A stretch of DNA of 64,000 nucleotides from assembly GCA_015494465.1 (NCBI GenBank), contig WGBD01000002.1, positions 3,683 to 67,682 of the forward strand. The letters are read 5' to 3'. Of the stretch, positions 31,337-41,201 are shown one piece after another. This stretch comes from Candidatus Omnitrophota bacterium. Its GTDB lineage: Bacteria > Omnitrophota > Gorgyraeia > S143-82. The first letter of the stretch is position 1; each line of letters starts with the position of its first letter. The translations under genes and the position numbers were made by a program. Under the pieces are notes generated by a model. That model was not told where the DNA came from, did not search any database, and was given only the letters and a program-made list of their open reading frames with translations.

Positions 31337-32423
31337 CTTTTTCATTTAGGACTGCTTCCATCCACTCCCTTGCTTGGCGTATCTTTTCTCGCCATTTAGA
31401 AGTTTCAGCGAAGTGCTGATACATGGATCTTTGGATCTCCACCCTTTTATAAGGATCCTTAAACTCCGAAATGAAATCGCGCAAGTCATCCCAGTTAGAC
31501 AGGGTGCCACTGATAGAATTGTCCCAGCCACCCCAGGAAGGCAACAGAGGAATACTGCCTAATCTGAGACCCAACCACGAGAATCTATCCAATACGCCCC
31601 CTAAAAACGAGTTCTGGTCTCCCACAACCAAAACAAATTCTTTAGCCAGATTCAAGAAATCAACAAACGAACTAATAGCGAATCGCGAGACCACTTCCAA
31701 TCCAACCTTCTCCAAATGTCTTACTGCATCTTCGTACCATTCAATTTGTCTTTGGGCATGTATCTCCTCCATTACTATAAGAGATAACAAGTTCCGTCTC
31801 AAATACTCTGGAAGGAGATTCAATGCTTCCACAAAAGACCCCTGGAAGGATATCAAGTTTTTTTTGAACTCTTCTATCTCTTGGGAGATAAAGCAATAAT
31901 CGTAATCCAAGTCTTTTTTGTACCGATCGATATTCTTAACCAAAACGCTGGAACGCACCTTTAATTTCTCAGGTCTTATGGCTAATTCTGGAAAGGTATA
32001 TCCGACATCAATACACGGCTTGTGCATAAAAACTCTCATCAAATCCACATATCCTTCCTCACAAATCATCGCACCCTTAAAATTAGGGAAAAAGCGAATA
32101 GGAGAAATAAGGGCGTGTATGATGTGGAAATAATCTCCGGTAAAGATTGAAAAATACGGCACCTTCAATTCTTCCATTATCGGCTTATGGAGGATCTTGT
32201 GTTCTATAGTAAATCCCATAAAGTAGAGATCAAACCCGAGTATTGCGTCTGGTTTTTGGTCTAGGATTATTTCTCTGATTCGTTGAGTCTTGCCTTGCAG
32301 ATCACCAAATCCTTCCGAGAAACCCACGACTTGGGTATATTCAACCTCCTTTAAAGCGTTCAACCAGTCCAGATAAAGCATGTATACTTCTAAATTTGGG
32401 GGAGGAAAGAACAATATCTTCAA
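31275..32423 (-). CDS. hypothetical protein, possibly a degenerate glycosyltransferase (CgeB-like)
   Basis: 382-aa AT-rich ORF, MKILFF start, KPDAILG; coupled to the maf stop; last codons are antisense to tRNA-Phe. Confidence 0.55.
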   Translation of the reverse strand: MKILFFPPPNLEVYMLYLDWLNALKEVEYTQVVGFSEGFGDLQGKTQRIREIILDQKPDAILGFDLYFMGFTIEHKILHKPIMEELKVPYFSIFTGDYFHIIHALISPIRFFPNFKGAMICEEGYVDLMRVFMHKPCIDVGYTFPELAIRPEKLKVRSSVLVKNIDRYKKDLDYDYCFISQEIEEFKKNLISFQGSFVEALNLLPEYLRRNLLSLIVMEEIHAQRQIEWYEDAVRHLEKVGLEVVSRFAISSFVDFLNLAKEFVLVVGDQNSFLGGVLDRFSWLGLRLGSIPLLPSWGGWDNSISGTLSNWDDLRDFISEFKDPYKRVEIQRSMYQHFAETSKWREKIRQAREWMEAVLNEKVPGPRVELGTPGFSGLRSTT

Positions 32424-34351
32424 AGCAGGCCCTCCTTCTCGTAGTAAGTAGTAAGCCTATCCAACAGATCTTTCACATCTTCCCCTGCCTTTATCAAGGC
32501 CTCCAATACCGCTAATATGGTCTCCAGTCTCTCCATATCCCCTACATTTGGCTTAAGCATGAAAAATTTCTTCACCATAACCATCACTGCGCCAGAAAAA
32601 TTCTGCATCAACCGCATCGCCAGGGAAAGGGAGTCGTCAAATATCTTATCTATCCAGGTATTTATTTCTAACATCTCCTCCCGGGAAAGGACGGAATCCT
32701 TTCCTTTCCTTTTGTGCAAAGAATCCAACACGGCAAACGATTCTCTACAGAGTTCCGTCAGTTTTAGTACCTGATCTTGCAGTTCCGACCAACGCCTACG
32801 AAATTCACTTTTTCTAAACCTTACATTTCTTGCTCTGGCAATTCTATGCAAATCCTTCTTAACGCGTCTTATCTCTTCTCTCTTTTCCCCAAGAATATTT
32901 AGCAATGCCTCCTTAGACACATATTCGGCACCATTTATTTTTGCGCCCTTGGTCTTGAAATCTATTATCCGCATGGGCATCACATCTATCATCCGCTCGA
33001 AGTCTCTGAGATAAGAAACGAATATATCCTCCGTTACGACTTCTCCCCCATCTACTGCCGGAACCTTTCTAGCCCAAAAATAAGAAAAAGTATCCCCCCT
33101 CCTCTTAACGAGGATCAATTGCCCTGTAGAATCTTTCACCAGCTGCAACTTTTGGTAATTAGAGGTGCCTTCTACATGTGAATTTTCGAGATCAGGATAG
33201 GAAAGATCCAACCCCAAAAACACAATCGGATTACCCCCTGCGAATACCGAGAACAAAAATGCAGTATGGGCAGTGGTTATGCCTTTGAACAACTTATACT
33301 TGAGGAAAAAGAGGTCTTCAAACAAGTGGCTATAAGCAAAAACAGTCAACGGACCTTTCCACATAGGGAGAATATCCTTATGCACATCGACCGCTGCAAC
33401 GAGTACGGTCTCTTTTAATCTATTCATATCCATCGATTCATAGTGTCGTTTATTTGCTTCAGAGAAGTCCAAACCCACTACTACATCCGGGCATATACCG
33501 GCTTTTTGGATAACAGGGACAGCGGTATCAACTGCGACAAGGATCGCCTTATCCTGATGCTCCCTCAAAAACTCGAGGTTATCTTTAAGAGAAGGCCCTG
33601 GAGCTATACAGAACACAGGCAATCCTCTAAACTGGTCGTACCACACCTCCATGCCCGGAGAATCCAGGAGAAAGGGGAAGTTGTACAACGAATTCTCTAT
33701 TTGCTGGCCAATGATAGAGACATTCGTGACTACGCATACTCGAGCATTTATGAAGCTATCCCTCACCAACGCACGGTATCGCTCTACCTCCTCCCCAAAC
33801 TGCGCGGCAATAGGAGGATAAACCACGATAAGCGGGCGGGACAATACCTTATCCACGAAAAACTTATCGTTTAGCCGATTCAAAAACTCCACATGGGACA
33901 GGCCCACCAACAACTCTACACCGTTTTCAATCCACGGCTTTATATCCCTCAAATACAGCAGGACCTTGAATAGTTCCAAATCCAACTCTACCGCAAAGAC
34001 ATTGCCCGCTAACCTCTCCTTTAATTCGTCTATGTGGTATCCTGAGCCTATCCCTATTACGTACGCATCCAAGCGATCTTTTAGATCCAGCGAATCCACC
34101 CACTTCTTGGCAGACTCCCTGGGATTATAGAGGCTGTCCAACCTTATAAGGTCCTCCCCTCTCTTGATACATATGACCGGATCACCGCTTTTGGCGGAGA
34201 GGACCTGATACTTACCGGTAAAGGAGGTCTCCTCCAACCTTTTGGCAAGGTCCCAATACTTCCTAAGGGACCGCAGTAGGGCTAGGTTATTGCGATATAA
34301 TTCCTCTCCTAATTGGATATCAATCCCAACCAGCCCTGTTTCAGCGCCCAC
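32420..34351 (-). CDS. motility-associated factor (Maf/DUF115) flagellin glycosyltransferase
   Basis: LDSLYNPRESA, GIGSGYHI, IAPGPSL, AVDTA, PDVVVGLD, NPIVFLGLDLSY, GAKING. Confidence 0.85.
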   Translation of the reverse strand: MGAETGLVGIDIQLGEELYRNNLALLRSLRKYWDLAKRLEETSFTGKYQVLSAKSGDPVICIKRGEDLIRLDSLYNPRESAKKWVDSLDLKDRLDAYVIGIGSGYHIDELKERLAGNVFAVELDLELFKVLLYLRDIKPWIENGVELLVGLSHVEFLNRLNDKFFVDKVLSRPLIVVYPPIAAQFGEEVERYRALVRDSFINARVCVVTNVSIIGQQIENSLYNFPFLLDSPGMEVWYDQFRGLPVFCIAPGPSLKDNLEFLREHQDKAILVAVDTAVPVIQKAGICPDVVVGLDFSEANKRHYESMDMNRLKETVLVAAVDVHKDILPMWKGPLTVFAYSHLFEDLFFLKYKLFKGITTAHTAFLFSVFAGGNPIVFLGLDLSYPDLENSHVEGTSNYQKLQLVKDSTGQLILVKRRGDTFSYFWARKVPAVDGGEVVTEDIFVSYLRDFERMIDVMPMRIIDFKTKGAKINGAEYVSKEALLNILGEKREEIRRVKKDLHRIARARNVRFRKSEFRRRWSELQDQVLKLTELCRESFAVLDSLHKRKGKDSVLSREEMLEINTWIDKIFDDSLSLAMRLMQNFSGAVMVMVKKFFMLKPNVGDMERLETILAVLEALIKAGEDVKDLLDRLTTYYEKEGLL

Positions 34352-35814
34352 ATCATCTCCCCTTTGGTAAGGCCAAACCGCTCAACCAGTTCGCTAATAG
34401 ATCCCTCAAAACCGCAAGCCAACACCCTCTTAATCTTATCCCCATCCATCACATCGCGCAACCAGGGATGGAGTCCCAATCCCTTGGGGAGCAGGTCCAA
34501 ATCCCTAACTCGCAGTCTATATTTTACCCTTGCGTCAATCCTGCGCGAAGGATAAATGCGATAAAAGATCTCCCCCAAAGACCCTTTCCATTCCACGCAA
34601 TCCCTGTCCACCGACATTTCTGGCCGATACCTGCGCAATTGCTCTTCCCAAAGGCCCTCCCACGCACCTACTATCTCATTCCAACTCGGTATCTCCCGCT
34701 GGATTCCATACCTACACCTGCCTTCCAAACAATCCTCCATAGCCTGCTCCAACTCTGCCAGATCAAGCGCGATGGTACTGGCCCAGAATAGGTGGAGTTT
34801 GGGCTCGTAGGAAATGGATTCGTAGACCGCCATCTCATCCTCTATCCCCTCGACGGTAAAGGTTGGGATGAGACGGACACCTTCGTGCCCTGCCACCACA
34901 TCCCTGAAGCCTCCCCAATCGCTCACTATCACGAACAGGCCCCAGGCCAAGGCCTCCAGCACCGCTATCCCAAAGGTCTCCTGAAAGTTGTCGCTTAGCC
35001 CCAGAAAGGCATCGCTTACCGCAAACAGGGCATACTTATCCCCCTCAGCAGGATCCGGCACGATCCTAACTACATCTGAGACACCCCAAGCCTTGGCGAG
35101 ATCCTGAAGAAACCGATGATAATCACTCTCTCCAGTTGCTCCCGCAATCAGTACCAAAAAGTCCCTGCGCCTGCGGTAAATCCGATAAACCACCTTAAAC
35201 AGGCCCATGAGATCCGCCTTGGAAAACTCGGATATCCTGCCGAAAGAGAGAAAGACCGTCTTATTCGCCAATCCCAGTTCCCTCCGCAAGGCCTGGCGTC
35301 TTCTCTTGTATTCACCGATGTGGGCATTGGAGAGCCACGGGGGACCAAGGGGTATCTTCACCAACTCCGGTCCCCTAATCCCTACTCTCTCCAAGACGGC
35401 CGACATAACCCTAAAGGCACTATCCGAAGAGCAGACCACCACATCTCCTCGCTGGACATAAGGCAGGGCGGAGACGAACGAACGAATGAGGTGGGGATAA
35501 CTTAAAGAATGGGTAAAGGCACACACAGGAAATCGCAATGCCAGACGATCCCTCAAACGCAAGACTCCAGCCCAGTCCAGATCGGGCTGATAGACTACCG
35601 CATCTCCAAAAGGCAACCCTGGAAGCGACTCCCGAGGCAGGATTTCAAACCTACCCCTTTTCATCCAGTCCGCTACAGAACCAGGGTAGGGGATTAACAG
35701 GGACCTCCGCCCCAGTTTCTTGGAATACCTACCCAATGCCCGAAAAAACCACTCGTTGGCAATAGACCTCCCTTGCAAAATAGGCGGAGAGTCCCAGAAG
35801 GATATCCAGTTCAT
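34309..35814 (-). CDS. glycosyltransferase family 4
   Basis: THSLS, FGRISEFSKADL, DNFQETFGIAVLEALAWG, SDWGGFRD. Confidence 0.85.
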   Translation of the reverse strand: MNWISFWDSPPILQGRSIANEWFFRALGRYSKKLGRRSLLIPYPGSVADWMKRGRFEILPRESLPGLPFGDAVVYQPDLDWAGVLRLRDRLALRFPVCAFTHSLSYPHLIRSFVSALPYVQRGDVVVCSSDSAFRVMSAVLERVGIRGPELVKIPLGPPWLSNAHIGEYKRRRQALRRELGLANKTVFLSFGRISEFSKADLMGLFKVVYRIYRRRRDFLVLIAGATGESDYHRFLQDLAKAWGVSDVVRIVPDPAEGDKYALFAVSDAFLGLSDNFQETFGIAVLEALAWGLFVIVSDWGGFRDVVAGHEGVRLIPTFTVEGIEDEMAVYESISYEPKLHLFWASTIALDLAELEQAMEDCLEGRCRYGIQREIPSWNEIVGAWEGLWEEQLRRYRPEMSVDRDCVEWKGSLGEIFYRIYPSRRIDARVKYRLRVRDLDLLPKGLGLHPWLRDVMDGDKIKRVLACGFEGSISELVERFGLTKGEMMWALKQGWLGLISN

Positions 35815-36224
35815 GCAATCTGCTCTTCCAGAGACCCCTGAACCGCGGGTTCGGATTCCTGCTTCAAGGCCTTGAGGCCCTCTTCCCAGGCAGAGACCAA
35901 GGGCTCGAGGAGAGAAATCACTTCTTCTAAGATGGCAGGATCCCTTCTCAGATTCGCTTCGATCGTCCGACGATAACAGAAGTTGTATAAGGCCCTGAAG
36001 TTATCTGCCAGTTCACCCGCCTCATCGTTCAAGCCCAAGGTCAACTCCGACAGCAATCTCCTTGCCCGGAATATCTTCTCCCCACAGGAGGGATAATCCC
36101 CACGCTTCATATCTTCTTTCGCCCCTTCCAAGTATCTTACGATTCCCCTATAAGCCAGAATCACCGCCTCCTGGGGCGTTGCGGTCTCCATCTTCACCTT
36201 CTTGTAGGCCTTCCATGGATTCAT
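35811..36224 (-). CDS. fliS: flagellin chaperone FliS
   Basis: AYKKVKMETATP, ELADN..LY.F, AWEE; follows fliD. Confidence 0.92.
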   Translation of the reverse strand: MNPWKAYKKVKMETATPQEAVILAYRGIVRYLEGAKEDMKRGDYPSCGEKIFRARRLLSELTLGLNDEAGELADNFRALYNFCYRRTIEANLRRDPAILEEVISLLEPLVSAWEEGLKALKQESEPAVQGSLEEQIA

Positions 36225-36236
36225 AGGCTCCCCCCT

Positions 36237-39200
36237 TTATTTAGTAGCAGTTATCCCCTGCGCCTGCGATGCCAACCACGAACTCAGGGCATTCATCTGT
36301 CCCAGCAATTCCTCCATGCGGGTAAACTGTCTATACAAGAACTCTCGCCGTTTGTCCAACCGGGCCTGCAGGTTCTTTATCTGATAATCGTAGACATCGA
36401 CATTTTCCTCTATGTTGTTTATCTCCCCGGCGATCAAGCCCACTTCCGGATCGGTGAGATAGGCCAGGCGATTGTTTACTCTCAGCCCCACCCCTCGGGC
36501 CTCAGTGGCCTCCAGTTCCACGATCCGGGCATAGCCGTCTTCACCCTCCAGACCGTAGAGCCGAATCTTATCCGTATAATAAGGAAGGGTGAAGAAGTGC
36601 AGGATCTCCGACTTGGTATTACCGCTCACCACCCGATAGTCGTTCCACTTGTCGTTATACCAGTACTGAAGCCTGTATCCGGTGAGCCGTTTGCCCGTCT
36701 CCGAGAGGGTGTGCACCCTAATCTTGTACAGGGAAACCCTCCGGGCGAAGTCCACCTCAAACCAGGCCCCGGTCTCGCCGTTTATCCCATTCATCCAACC
36801 GTTGGAATCAGGGCCAAACTCATCCTCTGAGGTGTTCCCGTTGATGGCCCTGGAGGGAGAATATCCCGAGGCAGTAGAAGAGGCGGAGGCGACTCCTCCG
36901 TTATCCCCCAAGGCCATGTTGACCTCGTAATTGAATAGCCTTGCAACCGCCTCTGGATCCTCCTTGAGTTTGCTCACCAACTTGGACTCGTCCAGACTAA
37001 GGTGCCCCTCGGAATCAAAGGATATACCAACCGCAGATATGTGGTTCATGTCCGAAGGCAGGCCCTCCACTGCACTGGTAACCATGGAGTACAACTCGTT
37101 CTGGAGGTTCATCAGGGCGACATTTCCCAACAGTACCCCGGCCTCTTTGGTCTCCGGGTTATACGCCATCTGCTCGGCGATGTAGTCCACGATGTCGTTA
37201 TAGGTATCTATGAACTGGTTCACCGCACTGACTACATCCTCGGTGTTCTGCTCCACCTTCACCGTCACCGGGGTGTCGCTGGTGGATATCAGGTGCAGGG
37301 TAAGGCCCTGTATCGCATTCTCCACATCGTTGGAACTGCTCACGATGGACACGCCGTTTTCACCCCCAACCAGAACCAACGCATCCACTGGATCTATCGC
37401 AGTAGAAAAGGAGAGGTCGTTAAGGGTAGAATAGGCCACCAACTGCCCCCGGGTCCCGCTGAACTTGCTGGACAATACGAGCTTATAGGGGTTCACTCCC
37501 GAGCCGTCGTTCAATACGAAGGCGTTGAACCTGTCGCTTACATCCGCGGAGTTGATGGCATTGGCCACATCGGACAGGGTGTCGTTCTCCCCTATGGTGA
37601 TGGTCCAGGAGAAGGCACCGTCGTAACCGGTGTTAGCGATACCCTCGGTCTCCTCTATGCCCAAGGACTGAGAGACAGCGTTGTCGTCTACATATATCCT
37701 GCCTTCCTGACCGGTGGTGTCCTTTATTACCAAGCCCCGACCGTCCTCTGCGACCCTTGCGGACAGGCCAATCCCTGCGGAATTAATCTTGTCCACTATG
37801 TCCGCCAAAGAACGGTCCACGGTGGTTACGCTTATCGTAGCAGTACTTCCTGACCTGTCAGTGACGGTGAATGATCCGGTGGTGATTCCCGAAAAGTCGT
37901 TGAGACTCAAGAGGATCCTATCACCAAGCCTGCCAATCAAATCCCCACCGTTCAAGGTGGCAGAGGAGACGCTCTTCGCAAGGCCCAGGTCCTCAGCAGC
38001 ACTCGATCCGTTTATACTCTCAACAGACAGACTCCCGGTCCCTCCGGTATTGTCGGTGATAACGATGTACATGCCGTCGGAGGAAAGGGAGGCGGAGACT
38101 TTGCCCCCGTTGTCCGCATCGTTGTTTATCGCCGATATCACATCTCCGATAGTAGAGACGCCGTCCAGATTCACATCTATCAGCGAACCGTCTCTGGCAG
38201 TAATCCTCAGGTCGTCCAGCCCGGCAACGGTGCCTAAGCCCTTACCGTCCGCCACTACACTTACCGCAGTAGTAGAACTAACATACAGTATCTGGTCCCC
38301 GGTAAGGACCGTCCCCGAAGCAGATACATTCAACCCCAAGGAGTTTGCCGCACCGTCCCCTTCGTTAACGGTCAATGTGCCCGTGCCACCGGCGTTATCC
38401 GTCAGTTTCAACCGCAAGCCATCGGAATCAAACTCCGCCTGAACCTGCAGGGCGGTGTTGCCGTTTATCGTCTCCAGCACATCCTGTATCGTCCGGGCGC
38501 CGGATATGTCTATGGTGGCAGAATAACCCGCGGAGTTGGTGATAACGAACCACGACCCCGAGACCCCTGAAAATCCGTTCAGGGAATCCAGCATCCTGTC
38601 GTCCACATCGCTCAAGATGGGCTTGCCAGATATGGTGGAGGAATTTATCCCCGAGGCATTGAGGATACCGAGATCCTCAGCGGTCGTGGAATCCAGATCC
38701 TCCACCTTAAAGGCACCTCCCCCACCGGATGTGTCCACGAGGTCTATTGCGTTTCCCGTGACATCTATGGTGGCGGTAACCGATATATTCGTATTGCTGT
38801 TGATTGCGGACAAGACATCCTGAATCGTCGTGGCGCTGGTCAGATCTATCGTCGCGGAATTGCCCGCCCTATCGGTTATCCTTATGTGCCCACCCGCCAC
38901 GCCAAGGCCGTCGTTTAGACGAGAGAGCAATGTGGCGGTGGTGACGTAGGCAAGATCGTCCCCGTGTTTCTGCTGTTCCTCAGAGGTGGCACCGTATATG
39001 TTCAGGTCTTTGGCCATCCTACCGCCTGCCAGATCCTCTATTCTCAACGGGCTGGTCTCCTCACCGGTGAGGTCCACGACCACTATACCGTCTCCGGTGT
39101 CGTTCACCCGGGCCAATACGGAGACACCGCTCGCGGAGTTGATAGCGGATATGACATCGCCAATCGTCTTTATGTCGCTGGAGGTCAGGTCTATGCTCAC

Positions 39201-40706
39201 GCTATTGCCTGCCCTGTCGGTTATCTTGATGCGCCCCTTTTGTACCCCCGTCCCGCCGTTTAAGGAATCCAAGCGAGTGTATTCGGAGATGAACTGAAGG
39301 TGCACATCGCTTCCCTCTATAACCCCTGAGGAACTGCTTCCCAGGATCCCCAGATCGCTGGCAGTCGTACCACCCGCCTCGCTGACCACCAGCGGGCCAG
39401 TTCCTCCGGAGGTATCGGTTATCCTTATGCCGGTGCGTGCACTGTTAATCTCTGCCTGAACGGATATCCCCGAGGCAGAGTTTATCGCCGAGAGGACATC
39501 CGAAAGGGTCTCCGCAGAACTTATGTCTATGGTAGCAACCGCTCCCGAACGATCCTGTATCACGAACCTACCCAGATCCACGCCTCGACCACCGTTGAAA
39601 CGGGAGAGGAGGACATCGTTTAGCCCGGCTATAAGAGCCCTGCCAACGACTGAAGATGTGGCATAGGTGCCAGAAAGACCGAGATCCTCGGCGGTATAAC
39701 TGGAGTTCAGACTCTCTATAGTAAGATTACCGCTTCCCCCGGTGTTATCCGTAAGCTCCAGACGATTCCCGTCAGAGGAGATCTGGACCACCACCTTGCC
39801 CGCATTGCCCGAGGCATTGTTTATCGCGGAGATCACATCTCCCACCGTCTCCGCATTGCCTATGTCCACCTCTATCACCGATCCATCCCGGGCAGTAATC
39901 CGCAAGTCTGCCCCCGAGGAGTACCTGCGCACACCGGTATTCTCGTTCAACAGCTCCAGTGCGGTGGTCTCTACTATGTCGTTTACATCGCTTCCGACGA
40001 TCTGCGTCCCGGAGGTGCTCCCCAGTATCCCCAAGGACTGCGCAGTATTCCCACCCGAGACCTCCTCTACTACCAACAGACCGGAACCACCCGAGGTATC
40101 CGTCAGGACGAGCCTGTCCCCGTCCACACTGGCGGTCACCTGCACGGTGTTATTCCTGTTTATCGCCTCCACCACATCCTCTACGGTTATGGCCCTTGAC
40201 AAATCTATCGTGGCGGAGTGCCCCGCCTTATCGGTAATCTTTATACTCCCCCTGCTAAACCCTGATTGACCGTTCAGGAAGGCCAAGGGGGTCTCCTTAT
40301 CTACATATCCACCCAATTTTATAGTAAGGGTGCCGGAACCTACCGTAGAGGAACTGTCTGCAAATCCCGAACTCATCAACTGATGGGTGCTGGCGAGTTG
40401 TTTCACGACCAGCTGATAGTTTCCGACCTGGGCATTTGCGTTGGCGGTGGCGGTCAGGACCGATTCGTTGCTGGAGGAGACATCCTTTACCCTGTAGAGG
40501 GTCGGGCGGGCCAACGCGTAAGCCTGGAGCTTAAATGTGAGCAACTTCGTCTGTATAGTGCGCCAGGCCTCTTTCTTCTTGAGTTCCAGTTCCCGTTTGG
40601 CCTGAAGCAGTTTGAGCGGATAACTCTCTAACTCTATAAGCTGATCGACTATGTTCTGGGTGTCCAGACCCGAAACTATCCCCGAAATACTGCTAGTGCC
40701 CGGCAT
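36237..40706 (-). CDS. fliD: giant flagellar filament cap protein FliD
   Basis: SGIVSGLDTQNIVDQL FliD_N; SSSNDVENAIQGLTL, F...YN, QFTRME FliD_C; 1489 aa. Confidence 0.93.
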   Translation of the reverse strand: MPGTSSISGIVSGLDTQNIVDQLIELESYPLKLLQAKRELELKKKEAWRTIQTKLLTFKLQAYALARPTLYRVKDVSSSNESVLTATANANAQVGNYQLVVKQLASTHQLMSSGFADSSSTVGSGTLTIKLGGYVDKETPLAFLNGQSGFSRGSIKITDKAGHSATIDLSRAITVEDVVEAINRNNTVQVTASVDGDRLVLTDTSGGSGLLVVEEVSGGNTAQSLGILGSTSGTQIVGSDVNDIVETTALELLNENTGVRRYSSGADLRITARDGSVIEVDIGNAETVGDVISAINNASGNAGKVVVQISSDGNRLELTDNTGGSGNLTIESLNSSYTAEDLGLSGTYATSSVVGRALIAGLNDVLLSRFNGGRGVDLGRFVIQDRSGAVATIDISSAETLSDVLSAINSASGISVQAEINSARTGIRITDTSGGTGPLVVSEAGGTTASDLGILGSSSSGVIEGSDVHLQFISEYTRLDSLNGGTGVQKGRIKITDRAGNSVSIDLTSSDIKTIGDVISAINSASGVSVLARVNDTGDGIVVVDLTGEETSPLRIEDLAGGRMAKDLNIYGATSEEQQKHGDDLAYVTTATLLSRLNDGLGVAGGHIRITDRAGNSATIDLTSATTIQDVLSAINSNTNISVTATIDVTGNAIDLVDTSGGGGAFKVEDLDSTTAEDLGILNASGINSSTISGKPILSDVDDRMLDSLNGFSGVSGSWFVITNSAGYSATIDISGARTIQDVLETINGNTALQVQAEFDSDGLRLKLTDNAGGTGTLTVNEGDGAANSLGLNVSASGTVLTGDQILYVSSTTAVSVVADGKGLGTVAGLDDLRITARDGSLIDVNLDGVSTIGDVISAINNDADNGGKVSASLSSDGMYIVITDNTGGTGSLSVESINGSSAAEDLGLAKSVSSATLNGGDLIGRLGDRILLSLNDFSGITTGSFTVTDRSGSTATISVTTVDRSLADIVDKINSAGIGLSARVAEDGRGLVIKDTTGQEGRIYVDDNAVSQSLGIEETEGIANTGYDGAFSWTITIGENDTLSDVANAINSADVSDRFNAFVLNDGSGVNPYKLVLSSKFSGTRGQLVAYSTLNDLSFSTAIDPVDALVLVGGENGVSIVSSSNDVENAIQGLTLHLISTSDTPVTVKVEQNTEDVVSAVNQFIDTYNDIVDYIAEQMAYNPETKEAGVLLGNVALMNLQNELYSMVTSAVEGLPSDMNHISAVGISFDSEGHLSLDESKLVSKLKEDPEAVARLFNYEVNMALGDNGGVASASSTASGYSPSRAINGNTSEDEFGPDSNGWMNGINGETGAWFEVDFARRVSLYKIRVHTLSETGKRLTGYRLQYWYNDKWNDYRVVSGNTKSEILHFFTLPYYTDKIRLYGLEGEDGYARIVELEATEARGVGLRVNNRLAYLTDPEVGLIAGEINNIEENVDVYDYQIKNLQARLDKRREFLYRQFTRMEELLGQMNALSSWLASQAQGITATK
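37600..40310 (-). repeat. about 8 degenerate ~110-aa tandem repeats inside FliD
   Basis: Recurring G.I.ITDR.G...IDL....T..DV..AIN.....V.A.....G..L..TD.SGG.G.L......A.DLG. Confidence 0.85.
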
Positions 40707-40723
40707 AGCGCCCCTCTTTAGAT

Positions 40724-41107
40724 TTATAGGTACCTATCTAGTATCAACCCCAAGGCGTTGTGTATCCTCAATAGGGCCTCTATCAACTGCTCCGGTGGAA
40801 CCGTGGTTATCGTCTCGTTGGTCCTAGGGTTTATCACCTCAACATATGCAAGATCCGTGCCACCTACGAAGAGGTGAAACCTAAGATCCTTCTGGAGGCT
40901 CTTCATTATCTCGTTGAGCTGTTTGATGATGTCCTCCATAGCGCTCATTGCATCCTTCTTGAAGGCAGATAAGAGCTCCTTCTCCCGTTCGGATAGCCCT
41001 GATTCCGCAACCGAGAATCCCTTTGTAAATGTCTCTTTGAGGTGTTCGAAGTAGCGCTCCACACCGGGCATGTCAGGATTAAAATTGTTTATCCCGTTGG
41101 TCTCCAT
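40724..41107 (-). CDS. flaG: flagellar protein FlaG
   Basis: LRF, VEVINPRTNETI..VPPEQ, GLILD; lies between fliC and fliD. Confidence 0.85.
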   Translation of the reverse strand: METNGINNFNPDMPGVERYFEHLKETFTKGFSVAESGLSEREKELLSAFKKDAMSAMEDIIKQLNEIMKSLQKDLRFHLFVGGTDLAYVEVINPRTNETITTVPPEQLIEALLRIHNALGLILDRYL

Positions 41108-41157
41108 CTCCGCTCACCCCTTTATTATCCGTTTTTAAAACCTTTCGGTTTTAGGAG

Positions 41158-41190
41158 AGGGGCTAGCAGGGAACCTTCCCTGCCGCCCCT
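41158..41190 (-). terminator. GC-rich hairpin downstream of fliC
   Basis: AGGGGC-GG-CAGGGAA-GG-TTCCCTG-CTA-GCCCCT; weak U-tract. Confidence 0.55.
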
Positions 41191-41201
41191 TTATGTCGTA
41201 C

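Noticed and set aside
31336-36230. Integrative element at tRNA-Phe
   Set aside because: No integrase, and no duplicated tRNA 3' end found by eye; only the compositional shift supports it
37600-40310. CRISPR array or DNA tandem repeat
   Set aside because: The repeats are degenerate and protein-level, within one ORF; no identical direct repeats with spacers
41120-41155. GAAA-loop hairpin before flaG as a c-di-GMP riboswitch or second sigma28 promoter
   Set aside because: Riboswitch core motifs are absent; the -10 match (ACGGATAA) and its spacing are poor
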